Shown one piece after another: positions 41,001-50,004 of a DNA stretch of 64,000 bases. The translations under genes were made by a program, and so were the position numbers. Under the pieces are notes generated by a model. It ran no database searches. It had not been told where the DNA came from and saw only the letters and a program-made list of their open reading frames with translations. The stretch comes from Candidatus Heimdallarchaeota archaeon (GTDB lineage: Archaea > Asgardarchaeota > Heimdallarchaeia > Heimdallarchaeales > Heimdallarchaeaceae): positions 64,001-128,000 of the forward strand of contig JABCTC010000001.1 in the NCBI GenBank assembly GCA_018238545.1, in the 5' to 3' direction. The first letter of the stretch is position 1. Every line of letters begins with the position of its first letter.

Positions 41001-41429
41001 CTGTACCTCATCTAAAGTAACATTGTAAAATGTCTGTAAATCCTCTAGTACCGAATAAATTGATAGAATTGAATCAATATAAGGATAGGCTGATTCATCT
41101 TCAAAAGTGCTTTCTAAACTCTTCACAAAATTCGTAAAGTTCTGTGATGTTAAGTCTGATTCTTCTAACCCATCAATCACTGCTACAAAGCTACTGCTAA
41201 ATTCAGGAAATTTATCCGCTAAGATATCCAATCCTACACCTGCTGGTGTTTCACCAAGAAACGCTGTTTCGTCAGTTTCAAGTTTATCACCTATATTTAT
41301 AGCCCAAGGTGCTGCTACTGATGCAAGTACTATCCAAGTAATTAGGATAAACCATCGATATTTTTCTGTAATTTCCGCGATTTTTGCGAATACAGATTTA
41401 CCATTCTTTTTGTTGTTGTTATTTTTCAA
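38022..41429 (-). CDS. MMPL-family (RND) lipid transporter
   Basis: two TM bundles with GAGVDYCIFMIFRYKE and GLGMDFDILLVSRIKEE; DATIVRLFLVPA. Confidence 0.9.
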   Translation of the reverse strand: MKNNNNKKNGKSVFAKIAEITEKYRWFILITWIVLASVAAPWAINIGDKLETDETAFLGETPAGVGLDILADKFPEFSSSFVAVIDGLEESDLTSQNFTNFVKSLESTFEDESAYPYIDSILSIYSVLEDLQTFYNVTLDEVQTFLNVTFTEQIPLMYDYISLANETTKGLIDLLEQVPLYYLFAWSDFSKFIYYTNNQTNAYSNGFFNSTEYVLMNNWTMFDNTTLDMYLMSTLPLAPVIPAMLADPYLADNMTSVLAFQVVNASMSAMYNESEYGIPYLNSLSYNYLLLLNATFDTIRLSSFIPQNAFFDDYYATSDPILTDFQQGMLSQLNVIGNLSTLKPSMKTQSGQLLVDLLPPGSEEQLLLQMAYMLREENYETSIIYKQTLISSITQAVNASFSTLLENFTISGFDFDPEMFFKDFDVEGMVTSLYETPLFMLDIVTTMMIQQFSLLVDQKIAQIMPYPTIVTDLPADIYYSLISSDNSTMVIAIFLSDVDESIDLGIYTPDIRAKIAEIKSDTDVTIDIHLTGTLALLYDLEYVMASDFENTDITSILFVLGVLVIVFLSPFTPFFPLIAISMGLMIVNALFMLMSNVIMMSSYTVIITSIVMMGAGVDYCIFMIFRYKEQRRKGDTKEKSIVETTKKIGESVITSGITVMIGFGALLFSKFSLLRLMGLGPLLGIAISLLIALTLIPVILHLLGDKIYWPRMGRNGKKEKKEKKEKKEVDESKPEKSNPLLERMTNFTLKYPLVVIAIFLLVSSPFVYFGVTGEQSYDITATLPSSMDSITGSNILANEFVVSELQPIQVLLIWNESLSLNESTGLPEEAKLIALESIISHIITNFDNVSSVHTVTRPNGEYIPPEMTDTIHLEQMHRYISDDNTTIMLMIYLELDPFGKEALDVAHDLITNLGTAVTAELALQDSVIYITGMTALYSELNTMMVEDTPIIIIFTVVGIFLVLFFLLGSFFTPIRLELTILLSVLVSLGATNLVFHYGLGQPIIWFLPVLLFVTMFGLGMDFDILLVSRIKEEIEKGATDKEATFKAVKSTSKMILSAGFIMSASFFSLMLSELWPLKIIGFAIGFAVLLDATIVRLFLVPALMMVLKKLNWWPYWRISKETVKRNYTKDKNKKD

Positions 41430-41438
41430 AATTTCACC

Positions 41439-42302
41439 TCATTTTTCCCCTATGCAAACAAGAATCTCAGCAAAATCGCCTACAAAACTCGATTTAGGAA
41501 ATATATCTTGCATTAATTCTTGAAAATCCTCTCGTCGAAATTGATTTGAATCTATGTTCAAATCCTTTTTTATGGGATTCAAATCCCCAATAAATGAAAT
41601 CATGCTTTGTTCAAGTATACTATAAAAGTATCTTACTTCAACTAACATAATCCGACCCTTCTTCTTAAGCACTCGTTGATATTCTCTGAGCAGTTTTTGG
41701 TAACATTTTGGTTCATGAAAGCCAAGAGAAAAGAAAGAGATTATGAGTGAGAAAAAGTCATCTTTGAGAGGTATTTCGTCGTATGTAGATTTTATGGTTT
41801 CATATCCCTCCAAGCTGCTATAACTGGAAAAAGACATCTGAAGGTTAAATGGTCTAATATCACTCTCAAGAATCTTTTGGGTGAATAGTTGTTGAAGGCT
41901 TGGATTAGATAAGATCATATCCGGTGCTACAATTGCTAGATTTCCCTTATCAAAATTCTTAAAGTTTTCTTCAATAATCATCCCGATTTCAATAATGAAC
42001 CTGTCAACTATTGTTGGAATAAAATAATCAAAAGCTGTTTTCATTGATTCTGTTATAACCATGCGACCTTCGTCTGTAACATTCACAAAAGCTTTATGAC
42101 CTGCACCTTCACGTTTTTCAATTGATATCAGCCCTTCTTTTTTTAATCTGTCGAACATTAGATAGAAAGAACTAGAGGGTTTATCTTTTAAAAAAGGAAA
42201 AATATTCTGTAATTCTTTAATTATTGCAGTTTTATACTTTTCCTTCTTCAAATTAACAATCTTAAGTATCTCTAATTCTTTCCAATTAAGAGAAGGTTTC
42301 AT
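41439..42302 (-). CDS. PadR-like winged helix fused to a methyltransferase-like domain
   Basis: PSSSFYLMFDRLKKEGLI..VTDEG; IPLKDDFFSLIIS...EYQRVLKKKG. Confidence 0.6.
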   Translation of the reverse strand: MKPSLNWKELEILKIVNLKKEKYKTAIIKELQNIFPFLKDKPSSSFYLMFDRLKKEGLISIEKREGAGHKAFVNVTDEGRMVITESMKTAFDYFIPTIVDRFIIEIGMIIEENFKNFDKGNLAIVAPDMILSNPSLQQLFTQKILESDIRPFNLQMSFSSYSSLEGYETIKSTYDEIPLKDDFFSLIISFFSLGFHEPKCYQKLLREYQRVLKKKGRIMLVEVRYFYSILEQSMISFIGDLNPIKKDLNIDSNQFRREDFQELMQDIFPKSSFVGDFAEILVCIGEK

Positions 42303-42540
42303 TGAGTAGAAAAGTTTTAGCAGTTATAAAAACATTTCCATATTTCTGGAAATATATTTACGGATGTATGAGTAATTTTTTCCATTTTTTAGTTTAAACG
42401 ATTCGGTTAAATAAGGTGGCCAACTAAAAAATTTAATGATATATAATCAATGTATTTTATCAGAAATTTAACAAAGTGTATTGTTCAAATGAGAGTCTTG
42501 CTATATCTTATCGAAGGATAATCATATTTTATATTAGCAT

Positions 42541-43593
42541 CTATGACTTGAGAAATTTCAGCTTAGGGAATATACTGATGTTCTTTTTTAAACATAATGC
42601 TACAATATAACTAAGCGTTGATATCCTAATACCACACAAAATATCGACAATAAAATGGTGATTGAAATAGATAGCTCCTAGAAATATGGCTAGACAATAA
42701 GGAATCGTTAAATATAGTGATTTTTTCCATTTTTGACGAATACAAAGGGTTGCTGATAATGCGTAAACAGCATGAACACTTGGGAATGCTGCAAAAGAGT
42801 TTTGTTCAAATGTTCCATAATACCACGAAAAAAGATTCACTCCTGTAATCTCGTCGATTCTTCCTAAACCAGCTGTTATATCTTGTGTATAATCTACTGC
42901 AATATCAGGTTGAGTAAAACCATATTGATCAATATACCAAGGAGCTGCTGAAGGAAAAATCATAAAAAGTATAAAAGCGAGTAATGTCGCAGTGTAGAAA
43001 TTTATTGCAAGGAATTTGAGATTTTCCCGATCATTTCTTATATATAAGTATAACCCAAAAACCATTGGAATCAAAGCATGTAACAAATAAACGCCCCCAA
43101 ATATAATATCTGTATAAACAGAATTGAAGGTCATATGGAACCAGTGGTTAGGAGTCATCCCGCCAAAAATCCACCCAAATAGTTTCATCTCTAAGTTATA
43201 GAAAACTTCTGTATAAACGCGTGGATAGATTAAGTGCTCTTTTACATTTGCCATTAATTCATAGGTACACCAAATTATGAAAAAAGGAAGACTATTAATT
43301 AATAAGGTAATAGGGGATTTAGAGTTATTGGGTTTTAACAAATAAATAACAGCAGAAAGAACCACAATTGAAATAAAAACAATTCCTGATAATAAGGAAA
43401 AACCCAAAAATCCGTCCCCATTAATAACTAGTAAAACAATAGCAAAAAGTAGATAAGAAATAGCGAAAAAAATGTGAAAATACCCCTCTCTAAACTCTTG
43501 AATTATCTTCTCTAATAACGATATTTTTACGATAGTTGTTGTCTTGTCTATAGGTTTATTTCTTCCAACTGTTTCAGGTTCCATTACGACCAC
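42541..43593 (-). CDS. PAP2 / AUR1-like membrane phosphotransferase, copy 2
   Basis: same motifs as copy 1. Confidence 0.8.
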   Translation of the reverse strand: MVVMEPETVGRNKPIDKTTTIVKISLLEKIIQEFREGYFHIFFAISYLLFAIVLLVINGDGFLGFSLLSGIVFISIVVLSAVIYLLKPNNSKSPITLLINSLPFFIIWCTYELMANVKEHLIYPRVYTEVFYNLEMKLFGWIFGGMTPNHWFHMTFNSVYTDIIFGGVYLLHALIPMVFGLYLYIRNDRENLKFLAINFYTATLLAFILFMIFPSAAPWYIDQYGFTQPDIAVDYTQDITAGLGRIDEITGVNLFSWYYGTFEQNSFAAFPSVHAVYALSATLCIRQKWKKSLYLTIPYCLAIFLGAIYFNHHFIVDILCGIRISTLSYIVALCLKKNISIFPKLKFLKS

Positions 43594-43660
43594 TTCTTAA
43601 TGTTAATTTAATAAAAAAAAATGAAAGAACTATCAGTAATTCACTAATATCCAGCTTTTG

Positions 43661-43747
43661 CTACTGATTGCTTTTTTTCTCTCTCTTAATTCTTGATTTT
43701 AAAGATTCTATAACTTGCTTTGTTTTTGCTTTTAATCTGTCTAACAT
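43661..43747 (-). CDS. unannotated 28-aa basic small protein
   Basis: first 17 codons identical to 36085..36186. Confidence 0.5.
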   Translation of the reverse strand: MLDRLKAKTKQVIESLKSRIKREKKSNQ

Positions 43748-43762
43748 TAGTATTCCTAATAT

Positions 43763-45196
43763 TTAATGATCTTTATTGGAATCCTCCCAAACTTCCTCAG
43801 TACCATCCCAATTTTTATCCCAGTATCGAGGTGGTTTCGAATTTACAAAATTTGATAACTTGTTAGATTCACATCGAATTCTATCAGCTACTGGTGCCCA
43901 ATTCTTAGCTACTTTTTGACATTTATCAGTAAGATTATCAACAGATTCTACTTCAATCATATGTGTAGATCGCGCATTTGATTCATGCACCATTTCTTTC
44001 AATTTATCAGGAATATCAAGAAGTGGACACACGCGTAAATAGTTTTTATTGAATGGTTGATGTTTGTTAAACTGCTTGAACAATGGCGATTTCAAAGATT
44101 CCAATAAGCTTACATCTTTGATATTAACATTTGAATAATGGATAAAGGCACATGGTTCAACATCTCCATTTGCATTAATATGTAGATAACTTCTTCCGCC
44201 AGCAATACACCCTCTCGCATAGTCTCCATCATTCCAAAAATCAATTAAGAAAACAGGTTTTGTTTCTCTAAATTTTCGAACCTGATTAAACATAAATTCT
44301 CTTTGTTCTGGAGTACTCATTAGCTCAGTTTTAGCATCTTTTCCAATTGGTATATATGTAAAAAGCCATCCATAACTTGCTCCCATATCAATCATATAAT
44401 CGATAAATTTTTCTGATCCCATAACGTCCACATTCTTATTATGGTAACAAGAAGAAAATCCAAACATGACACGGTGTTTCTTAAGCAGTTTCATGGAGTT
44501 TATTACCTTTTGATAAGTACCCTTACCTCGACGAAAATCTGTTTCTGCTTCAAAACCTTCCACACTTATTGCTAAAGTGAAATTTCCAACACTAGCTAAA
44601 GCTTCAGCGAATTCTTCATCTACAAGAGTTGCATTTGTAAATGCCAAGAAGAAGCAGTCTTGATGTTTTTTCGCCAATTTTAATAGATCATTCTTTCTGA
44701 TTGTTGGTTCTCCACCTGAATATAGGTACCAATAAATCCCTAGGTCTTTTCCTTCTTGTATGATCCTATCCATTAACTCAAAACTTAAATTATCTGTCTT
44801 CTCATAATCTGCAGCCCAGCAACCTGTACAGTTCAGATTACAAGAGGATGTTGGATCCATCAGAATAGATAGAGGAACATTACACTGGTGTTCTCTCATC
44901 GCTTTGCGAGACGTTTCTACTCCAGTCAGAAAAGTATTTACACCTAGATTCCTTACGAATAGTTTCATAGTCTTTGGATTTATATTTTTAAAGGAATCTA
45001 TAAGAAACTTATTCATTGGTTTGTCTTCATCCTGAAGAGATTGGAGCGCTTTCTTTTGATTAGGATTTGATGCAAATCGTTCAACGACTTTAATCATCTT
45101 TGGAATATTTTTCTCTGGATTCCTTATGGCATATCTAGTTGCTAAATTTAAGAGAACACCATTAATTTTGTTTTTTGCATTTATCATAGCTATCAC
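43763..45196 (-). CDS. radical SAM protein, copy 2
   Basis: MDPTSSCNLNCTGCWA; close paralog of 36186..37643. Confidence 0.88.
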   Translation of the reverse strand: MIAMINAKNKINGVLLNLATRYAIRNPEKNIPKMIKVVERFASNPNQKKALQSLQDEDKPMNKFLIDSFKNINPKTMKLFVRNLGVNTFLTGVETSRKAMREHQCNVPLSILMDPTSSCNLNCTGCWAADYEKTDNLSFELMDRIIQEGKDLGIYWYLYSGGEPTIRKNDLLKLAKKHQDCFFLAFTNATLVDEEFAEALASVGNFTLAISVEGFEAETDFRRGKGTYQKVINSMKLLKKHRVMFGFSSCYHNKNVDVMGSEKFIDYMIDMGASYGWLFTYIPIGKDAKTELMSTPEQREFMFNQVRKFRETKPVFLIDFWNDGDYARGCIAGGRSYLHINANGDVEPCAFIHYSNVNIKDVSLLESLKSPLFKQFNKHQPFNKNYLRVCPLLDIPDKLKEMVHESNARSTHMIEVESVDNLTDKCQKVAKNWAPVADRIRCESNKLSNFVNSKPPRYWDKNWDGTEEVWEDSNKDH

Positions 45197-45207
45197 GTTT
45201 TAAGACA

Positions 45208-45301
45208 CAAACAATTGTTTCAAACAATTATTTAAACATATTGCTTTCAAACAACTGTTTAAATACGGTGTTTCAAACATAAGTTTTAAATATCTGTTTG
45301 A
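45208..45301. promoter_or_regulatory. tandem palindromic operator array (about 7 units of AAACAnnTGTTT-like), putative TetR sites
   Basis: AAACAATTGTTT, AAACAACTGTTT and degenerate copies at 12-14 bp spacing between radical SAM copy 2 and the divergent tetR. Confidence 0.7.
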
Positions 45302-45492
45302 TTAGACTTATTTGTCGTATTATAATTGTTTTCATTGCAATAATAATAGCCAAAATATCAAATCTGTAGAGAAAATATATAATATTAGAGGTAAATAGTA
45401 TATTTGAACAAGCTTGAACAAGCTTAAGAATTGATTGGTTCAGAAATAAACTTGAGTAATTGCTAGATATTAAATTAAATGGAGAATTAACT

Positions 45493-46068
45493 TTGAAAGA
45501 AAAAATTTCAAAAAAGGATAAAATCATCAACACAACACTTAAACTTATTGCTGAAAAGGGTAATTTAGATTTCACAATAAGGGAGATTGTTTTAAATGCA
45601 GATGTTAATATCGCCTCGGTTAACTACTATTTTGGCACAAAAAAGAAATTGATTCAAGAAATAGAGAAGAAATTCAGTAAAAAATATGCTGAATATGAAA
45701 ATATTCTAAAAGATACTCAAATTACCCCAAGAGAACGTCTTCTCAAGTGGGCTAATTCTTTAACTGAATACATGGTGAGTAACCCAGGAGTAATTTCGAT
45801 TATGTGCAATAAAATATTTTTATCTGTAGATTTTAACAGTAATCTAGAATTATCTTTGCAAAAAACCAATAAGTACTTAGTTCGAATTATTAAAGAAATC
45901 ACAAATATAAATGATGAAGAAATTATTCAATTTAAATTGGTCAAATTAAATGCAGATCTTTTCTATCCTTTGCTTTTCATTAGAGATTTTGTAAAACTGT
46001 TTGGATTTTCTATCCAAAACCATGAAAGCCGAAGGAAATATATCAAAGCAGTTATAGATTCAATTTAA
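45493..46068 (+). CDS. TetR/AcrR family transcriptional regulator
   Basis: FTIREIVLNADVNIASVNYYFGTKKKL HTH. Confidence 0.9.
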   Translation: MKEKISKKDKIINTTLKLIAEKGNLDFTIREIVLNADVNIASVNYYFGTKKKLIQEIEKKFSKKYAEYENILKDTQITPRERLLKWANSLTEYMVSNPGVISIMCNKIFLSVDFNSNLELSLQKTNKYLVRIIKEITNINDEEIIQFKLVKLNADLFYPLLFIRDFVKLFGFSIQNHESRRKYIKAVIDSI

Positions 46069-46101
46069 ATTGAAAACAACAATAAAAATCTTGGTGTTTA
46101 A

Positions 46102-47406
46102 ATGACAAAGGTATCAAAAGAAGAAGTTCAATATTTAGCTTTTGAGGGTGGGGGCGGAAAAGGTGTAGCATATATTGGTGCTCTAGAAGTCATGAAGGAG
46201 CTAGGTATTATATCTTATTATAATAAAGAAAAAGAAAGTAAAATTTATAGAAGAATCAATACTGACAAAATCAAAGGTGTTGCAGGAACATCTGTAGGTT
46301 CAGTTGTAGCTTTGCTTGTAGCTTGTGGATATTCACCTGAAGAAATGCAAGAAATGCTGATGAAGAAAATAGGTATAAATATTCTTGACACAGTAGAATT
46401 CGGGAAAATGCCTACTATTTATACAGAGGAGTATCAAGACATAGTTATTCAAGATCCAAGATTTAAAGATATTGAGAAATTCATGAAAGCTTCATGGTTA
46501 GAATATATTAAATCAGAAGATAAGAGTATAAGTAATTTATTGGAAATACCTGTTAATCGTTTACAAAGTGGAGGTCTGAAATTTTTTTCATTGATCTTAA
46601 AAGGTTTCTTTAGTTATGAATCGAAAAAAACTTACTCTAAAGATTCGTCAATTAAAAATAATCTTATCAACATTAAGGAATTAGTTCATTCAGAAACAAT
46701 GAGTCCAGCATTAAAAAAAGTTTTAGCTGATCCTATTCATTCATTTAATAGTTTAAAATACGAATATGGGTTATTCTTAGGTAAGACAGCAAGAGACATG
46801 TTTGATTCATGGATTGAACAAAAGTCTGGAATACAAAACTGTACATTTAAAATGTTTCAAAAGGAGTTTAATATAGATTTAGTTATACCTGCTGTTAGCG
46901 TAAATTCAAAAGAGCTATTCTATTTCAGAAATAATAGAAAGTGGAAAGATTTATGTGTAGCAGATGCAGTAAGAATGTCAATAAACATACCTTTCTTGTT
47001 TAAACCTGTGTTAATGAAGAAAACAAAAAAGGGAATAAGCTCTGTTACAGATGAAATTCATTTAGCTAATTTTATGATTGATGGAGGTGCAATAAACAAT
47101 CTCCCTATACATGCATTTGATAAAAAAAGTTCTTCAAAGTTAAATCCTTCAGTCGTTGGATTTTCTCTAGTACCGTATAAAAAAGCAAAGACAACAGAAA
47201 TTAATTCCATAAATCAGTATATCGGGGATATAAGTTATATAATCCTAAACAATGCAACAAATCTTCAGATTCTACAAGAAGAAGATAGAGATCAGATTGT
47301 AGAATTAGATACTAAGGACGTGAGTATTTTTGATTTCTCATTTGAAGAGATACCAGAAGAAGTAAAACGGGAGTCTAGATCTAGAACATTAGAATATTTT
47401 TCGTGA
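46102..47406 (+). CDS. patatin-like phospholipase
   Basis: EGGGGKG, GTSVG, AVRMSINIP, IDGG. Confidence 0.9.
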   Translation: MTKVSKEEVQYLAFEGGGGKGVAYIGALEVMKELGIISYYNKEKESKIYRRINTDKIKGVAGTSVGSVVALLVACGYSPEEMQEMLMKKIGINILDTVEFGKMPTIYTEEYQDIVIQDPRFKDIEKFMKASWLEYIKSEDKSISNLLEIPVNRLQSGGLKFFSLILKGFFSYESKKTYSKDSSIKNNLINIKELVHSETMSPALKKVLADPIHSFNSLKYEYGLFLGKTARDMFDSWIEQKSGIQNCTFKMFQKEFNIDLVIPAVSVNSKELFYFRNNRKWKDLCVADAVRMSINIPFLFKPVLMKKTKKGISSVTDEIHLANFMIDGGAINNLPIHAFDKKSSSKLNPSVVGFSLVPYKKAKTTEINSINQYIGDISYIILNNATNLQILQEEDRDQIVELDTKDVSIFDFSFEEIPEEVKRESRSRTLEYFS

Positions 47407-47690
47407 TTGCATACCTTTCTGAAATGATTAAAAAATTAATAAGATAATTCATTGCGTATTTTTCCTTTATATTTCTAAGGAAAAGGAATCTGCTGAAGAG
47501 AAAATACAGCGAGATAATATCCTGGGAAAGATGAATTAAGTTTGAAGATAGTTATTGAGAAAAAATAGACAAAAAGGTAATTCCTACCCTTGTTTATCTG
47601 ATGAAATCTTCTTAGTAAACCAATATAAGAATCAAGTGTCAGATAAAATTGTTTTGAGTAAACAGGCTATAATTTAATGATTACTTATAC

Positions 47691-48605
47691 TTAATTCCAA
47701 TATTCATCATCTGTATAGTCAGATATTACTCCTATTGATTCTGGACCAAGGTGTGATAGAACTGAACCTCCACTTTGAACTAATTCGATTTCCATTTCTG
47801 GATATCTCTTTTTGATAATATCCGCCATATTGTTTGCATAATCGAGTCTGCTTCCATAGACTATTGCTATATTCTTTGGAACTTTAGTAAAATCATCAGT
47901 ACTCAGCTTTAGTGATTCTTCTAGTCCTTTTTGTACATCAGTTGTTGAGCCAGCTGTCACAACGTTTCCTTCTTCGTTCATGGTTACAATAGGTTTCTTT
48001 CTTAACACTGCTCCCATAAGGAATTTGGAAGTTCCAAGTCTACCTCCCTTCCACAAGTATCTTAAGGTTGGAAGGAGAATGATTGTTTTAATCTTCAAGG
48101 CTTGTTGAGTTAATATTTCAGCTATCTCTTCAGCACTGTGTTTCCCTTTTTTGATCAATTTGAGAGCCATTCTTATTAAGAAAACCTCTGGAGCAGATGC
48201 AGATAAGGAACTTACAACGTGAATATTTACATCCACAAATTGTTTCATTACTTGTTTTGCAGCTAGACGAGCACTATTGATTGATCCACTTAAACCTGCA
48301 CTTACTGTGACAACAACAATGTCCTTTGTTCCCTCTTTGATATGCTCCATATAGGCATCTGTGTAGTCTTTTGGATTTGGTTGAGAGGTTTTTGGAACAA
48401 AAGAATAAAGATTTAATTTTGGTATGTGTAAAAATGCTTTTTCGTCTTCAAACAATTTATAGTACGCATCTCTATCAAAATTCTCATCTTCTCTTAGCTC
48501 TTCTTCATGAACATACATGTACATGCAAGCTATCTTAACATTGTTTTCTTTAGCAAAATCCCAAGGTAAATCAGAACCACTGTCAGTAACTAAACCAATT
48601 GTCAT
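47691..48605 (-). CDS. DegV family fatty-acid-binding protein
   Basis: VTDSGSDL, PKTSQP, SAGLSGS, LWKGGR, SHLGP. Confidence 0.9.
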   Translation of the reverse strand: MTIGLVTDSGSDLPWDFAKENNVKIACMYMYVHEEELREDENFDRDAYYKLFEDEKAFLHIPKLNLYSFVPKTSQPNPKDYTDAYMEHIKEGTKDIVVVTVSAGLSGSINSARLAAKQVMKQFVDVNIHVVSSLSASAPEVFLIRMALKLIKKGKHSAEEIAEILTQQALKIKTIILLPTLRYLWKGGRLGTSKFLMGAVLRKKPIVTMNEEGNVVTAGSTTDVQKGLEESLKLSTDDFTKVPKNIAIVYGSRLDYANNMADIIKKRYPEMEIELVQSGGSVLSHLGPESIGVISDYTDDEYWN

Positions 48606-48839
48606 AAGATTTTTCTGTATTGCATCATTAAAAATCTATCTTATTCTTTGAACATTGTGAGCGAATATTTATAAATTCATAGAACATTCGAGTAGATTCA
48701 CTCTCTAAAAATCAATTTAAAGATTCAGGACGGTATTATCAAATCTCTGCAAAACTATAGTTAAATTATTTGAAAAGGCATGAAAAGTATCCGTGAAGAA
48801 AAAAAAGAGATGAGCGATTATTTATCACTTCTTGTTAAT

Positions 48840-49247
48840 TCATTCTGTTTTTCTTGCTTTTAGTTCTAGATATAGTGCTACAGCAAATCCTGCTCCAATT
48901 ATAAAGTATGACGCAGTGTTCATCCAATTCCAAGCATGAATCCCTTCTAGTCCAAATTGTATGTAGAGCATAATTGGAACCCCTGTAAAGCCAAATACCA
49001 TTTCTGTGATCAAGGGGATTTTAGCTTCTGCCCAGTTTGCTTTAAAGAACGTTATGAAACTCATAACTGCTAAGGAAAGAGCAGCACCACCAAAGCATAG
49101 TGGTAATCCTGGATCATCAAAAGGCCATTGTTGAATTCCTTGAAAGAACCATTCAAAGAGAAATAAGAAGGCTATAGCAAAGCTTATTTGAACACATCCT
49201 GTAACAAGAAACCAAATTTTTGTAAATTTTAACATTTCTTCAGACAT
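48840..49247 (-). CDS. 4-TM membrane protein
   Basis: four hydrophobic segments. Confidence 0.7.
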   Translation of the reverse strand: MSEEMLKFTKIWFLVTGCVQISFAIAFLFLFEWFFQGIQQWPFDDPGLPLCFGGAALSLAVMSFITFFKANWAEAKIPLITEMVFGFTGVPIMLYIQFGLEGIHAWNWMNTASYFIIGAGFAVALYLELKARKTE

Positions 49248-49421
49248 ATTTTTGTCTCCTTTTAGATTCTATTTAATAGAATCATACAAACACTGTGTTG
49301 GCATATCATATAAACATTATGTCTACATACCATGTACCCGTTATGTCTACATGATTTTACTATTGAAAATGTTTTATTAATTCTGAGAAAAAGGGAAAAG
49401 TAACACTGAGATACGAGGAAA

Positions 49422-49913
49422 TTAACCAGAATCGCTTTCTAATTTTGCTTTTTCCTTGGTTAAAATCTCTTCTTTCACTATTGGAACAACTTTAGACGCA
49501 GTAATAATAGGCATATCCGCTTCGTATTTGATTTCTACCCCTAATTCCTTCAAAGTTGATGTGTGTCTATCAGTTAAGAAGAATTCCCTGAGTTTAATCC
49601 AACTGGTAGATATGATCATAGGTATGTTTTTTGGATTTGAGAGCTGATCCTCATTTAATTTTTCTGTATAGTTTTTAATACACTCGTGATCTGCTGTTAA
49701 TTCTTTAACCGTATTAATTTCACCACATAACAAACAAAAATTCCAGCGAGCTGCATGCTTGTATAATGCCCTAAGTGTTATATCATATACCATAAAACTG
49801 TTCTTGAATTGTCCGCCCCACAGGTCCAAAACAAAATGTTTTGCTCTAGCGCGAATTCGATGTTTATCGGAAGTAGCAATATCTGGCATAGTATGTGAAC
49901 ATATTGTTTGCAA
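49422..49913 (-). CDS. hypothetical protein with a possible Zn site (CLLC...HEC)
   Basis: clean ORF; start possibly at MPDI. Confidence 0.55.
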   Translation of the reverse strand: MQTICSHTMPDIATSDKHRIRARAKHFVLDLWGGQFKNSFMVYDITLRALYKHAARWNFCLLCGEINTVKELTADHECIKNYTEKLNEDQLSNPKNIPMIISTSWIKLREFFLTDRHTSTLKELGVEIKYEADMPIITASKVVPIVKEEILTKEKAKLESDSG

Positions 49914-50004
49914 CCTATATAAATTTTAGTGAATATGCAAGAAATTACCCAGAAAGTATAAAAGAAAGGCTAAGTACTGTTTAATATTCTACGGAGTTTA
50001 AATA

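Noticed and set aside
34985-45196. Duplicated radical SAM/PAP2 pair as an assembly artefact or DGR template/variable repeats
   Set aside because: The copies differ throughout, both ORFs are intact, mismatches are not adenine-specific and there is no reverse transcriptase.
45273-45575. 100-aa minus-strand ORF
   Set aside because: Overlaps tetR and its operator/promoter region; likely spurious.
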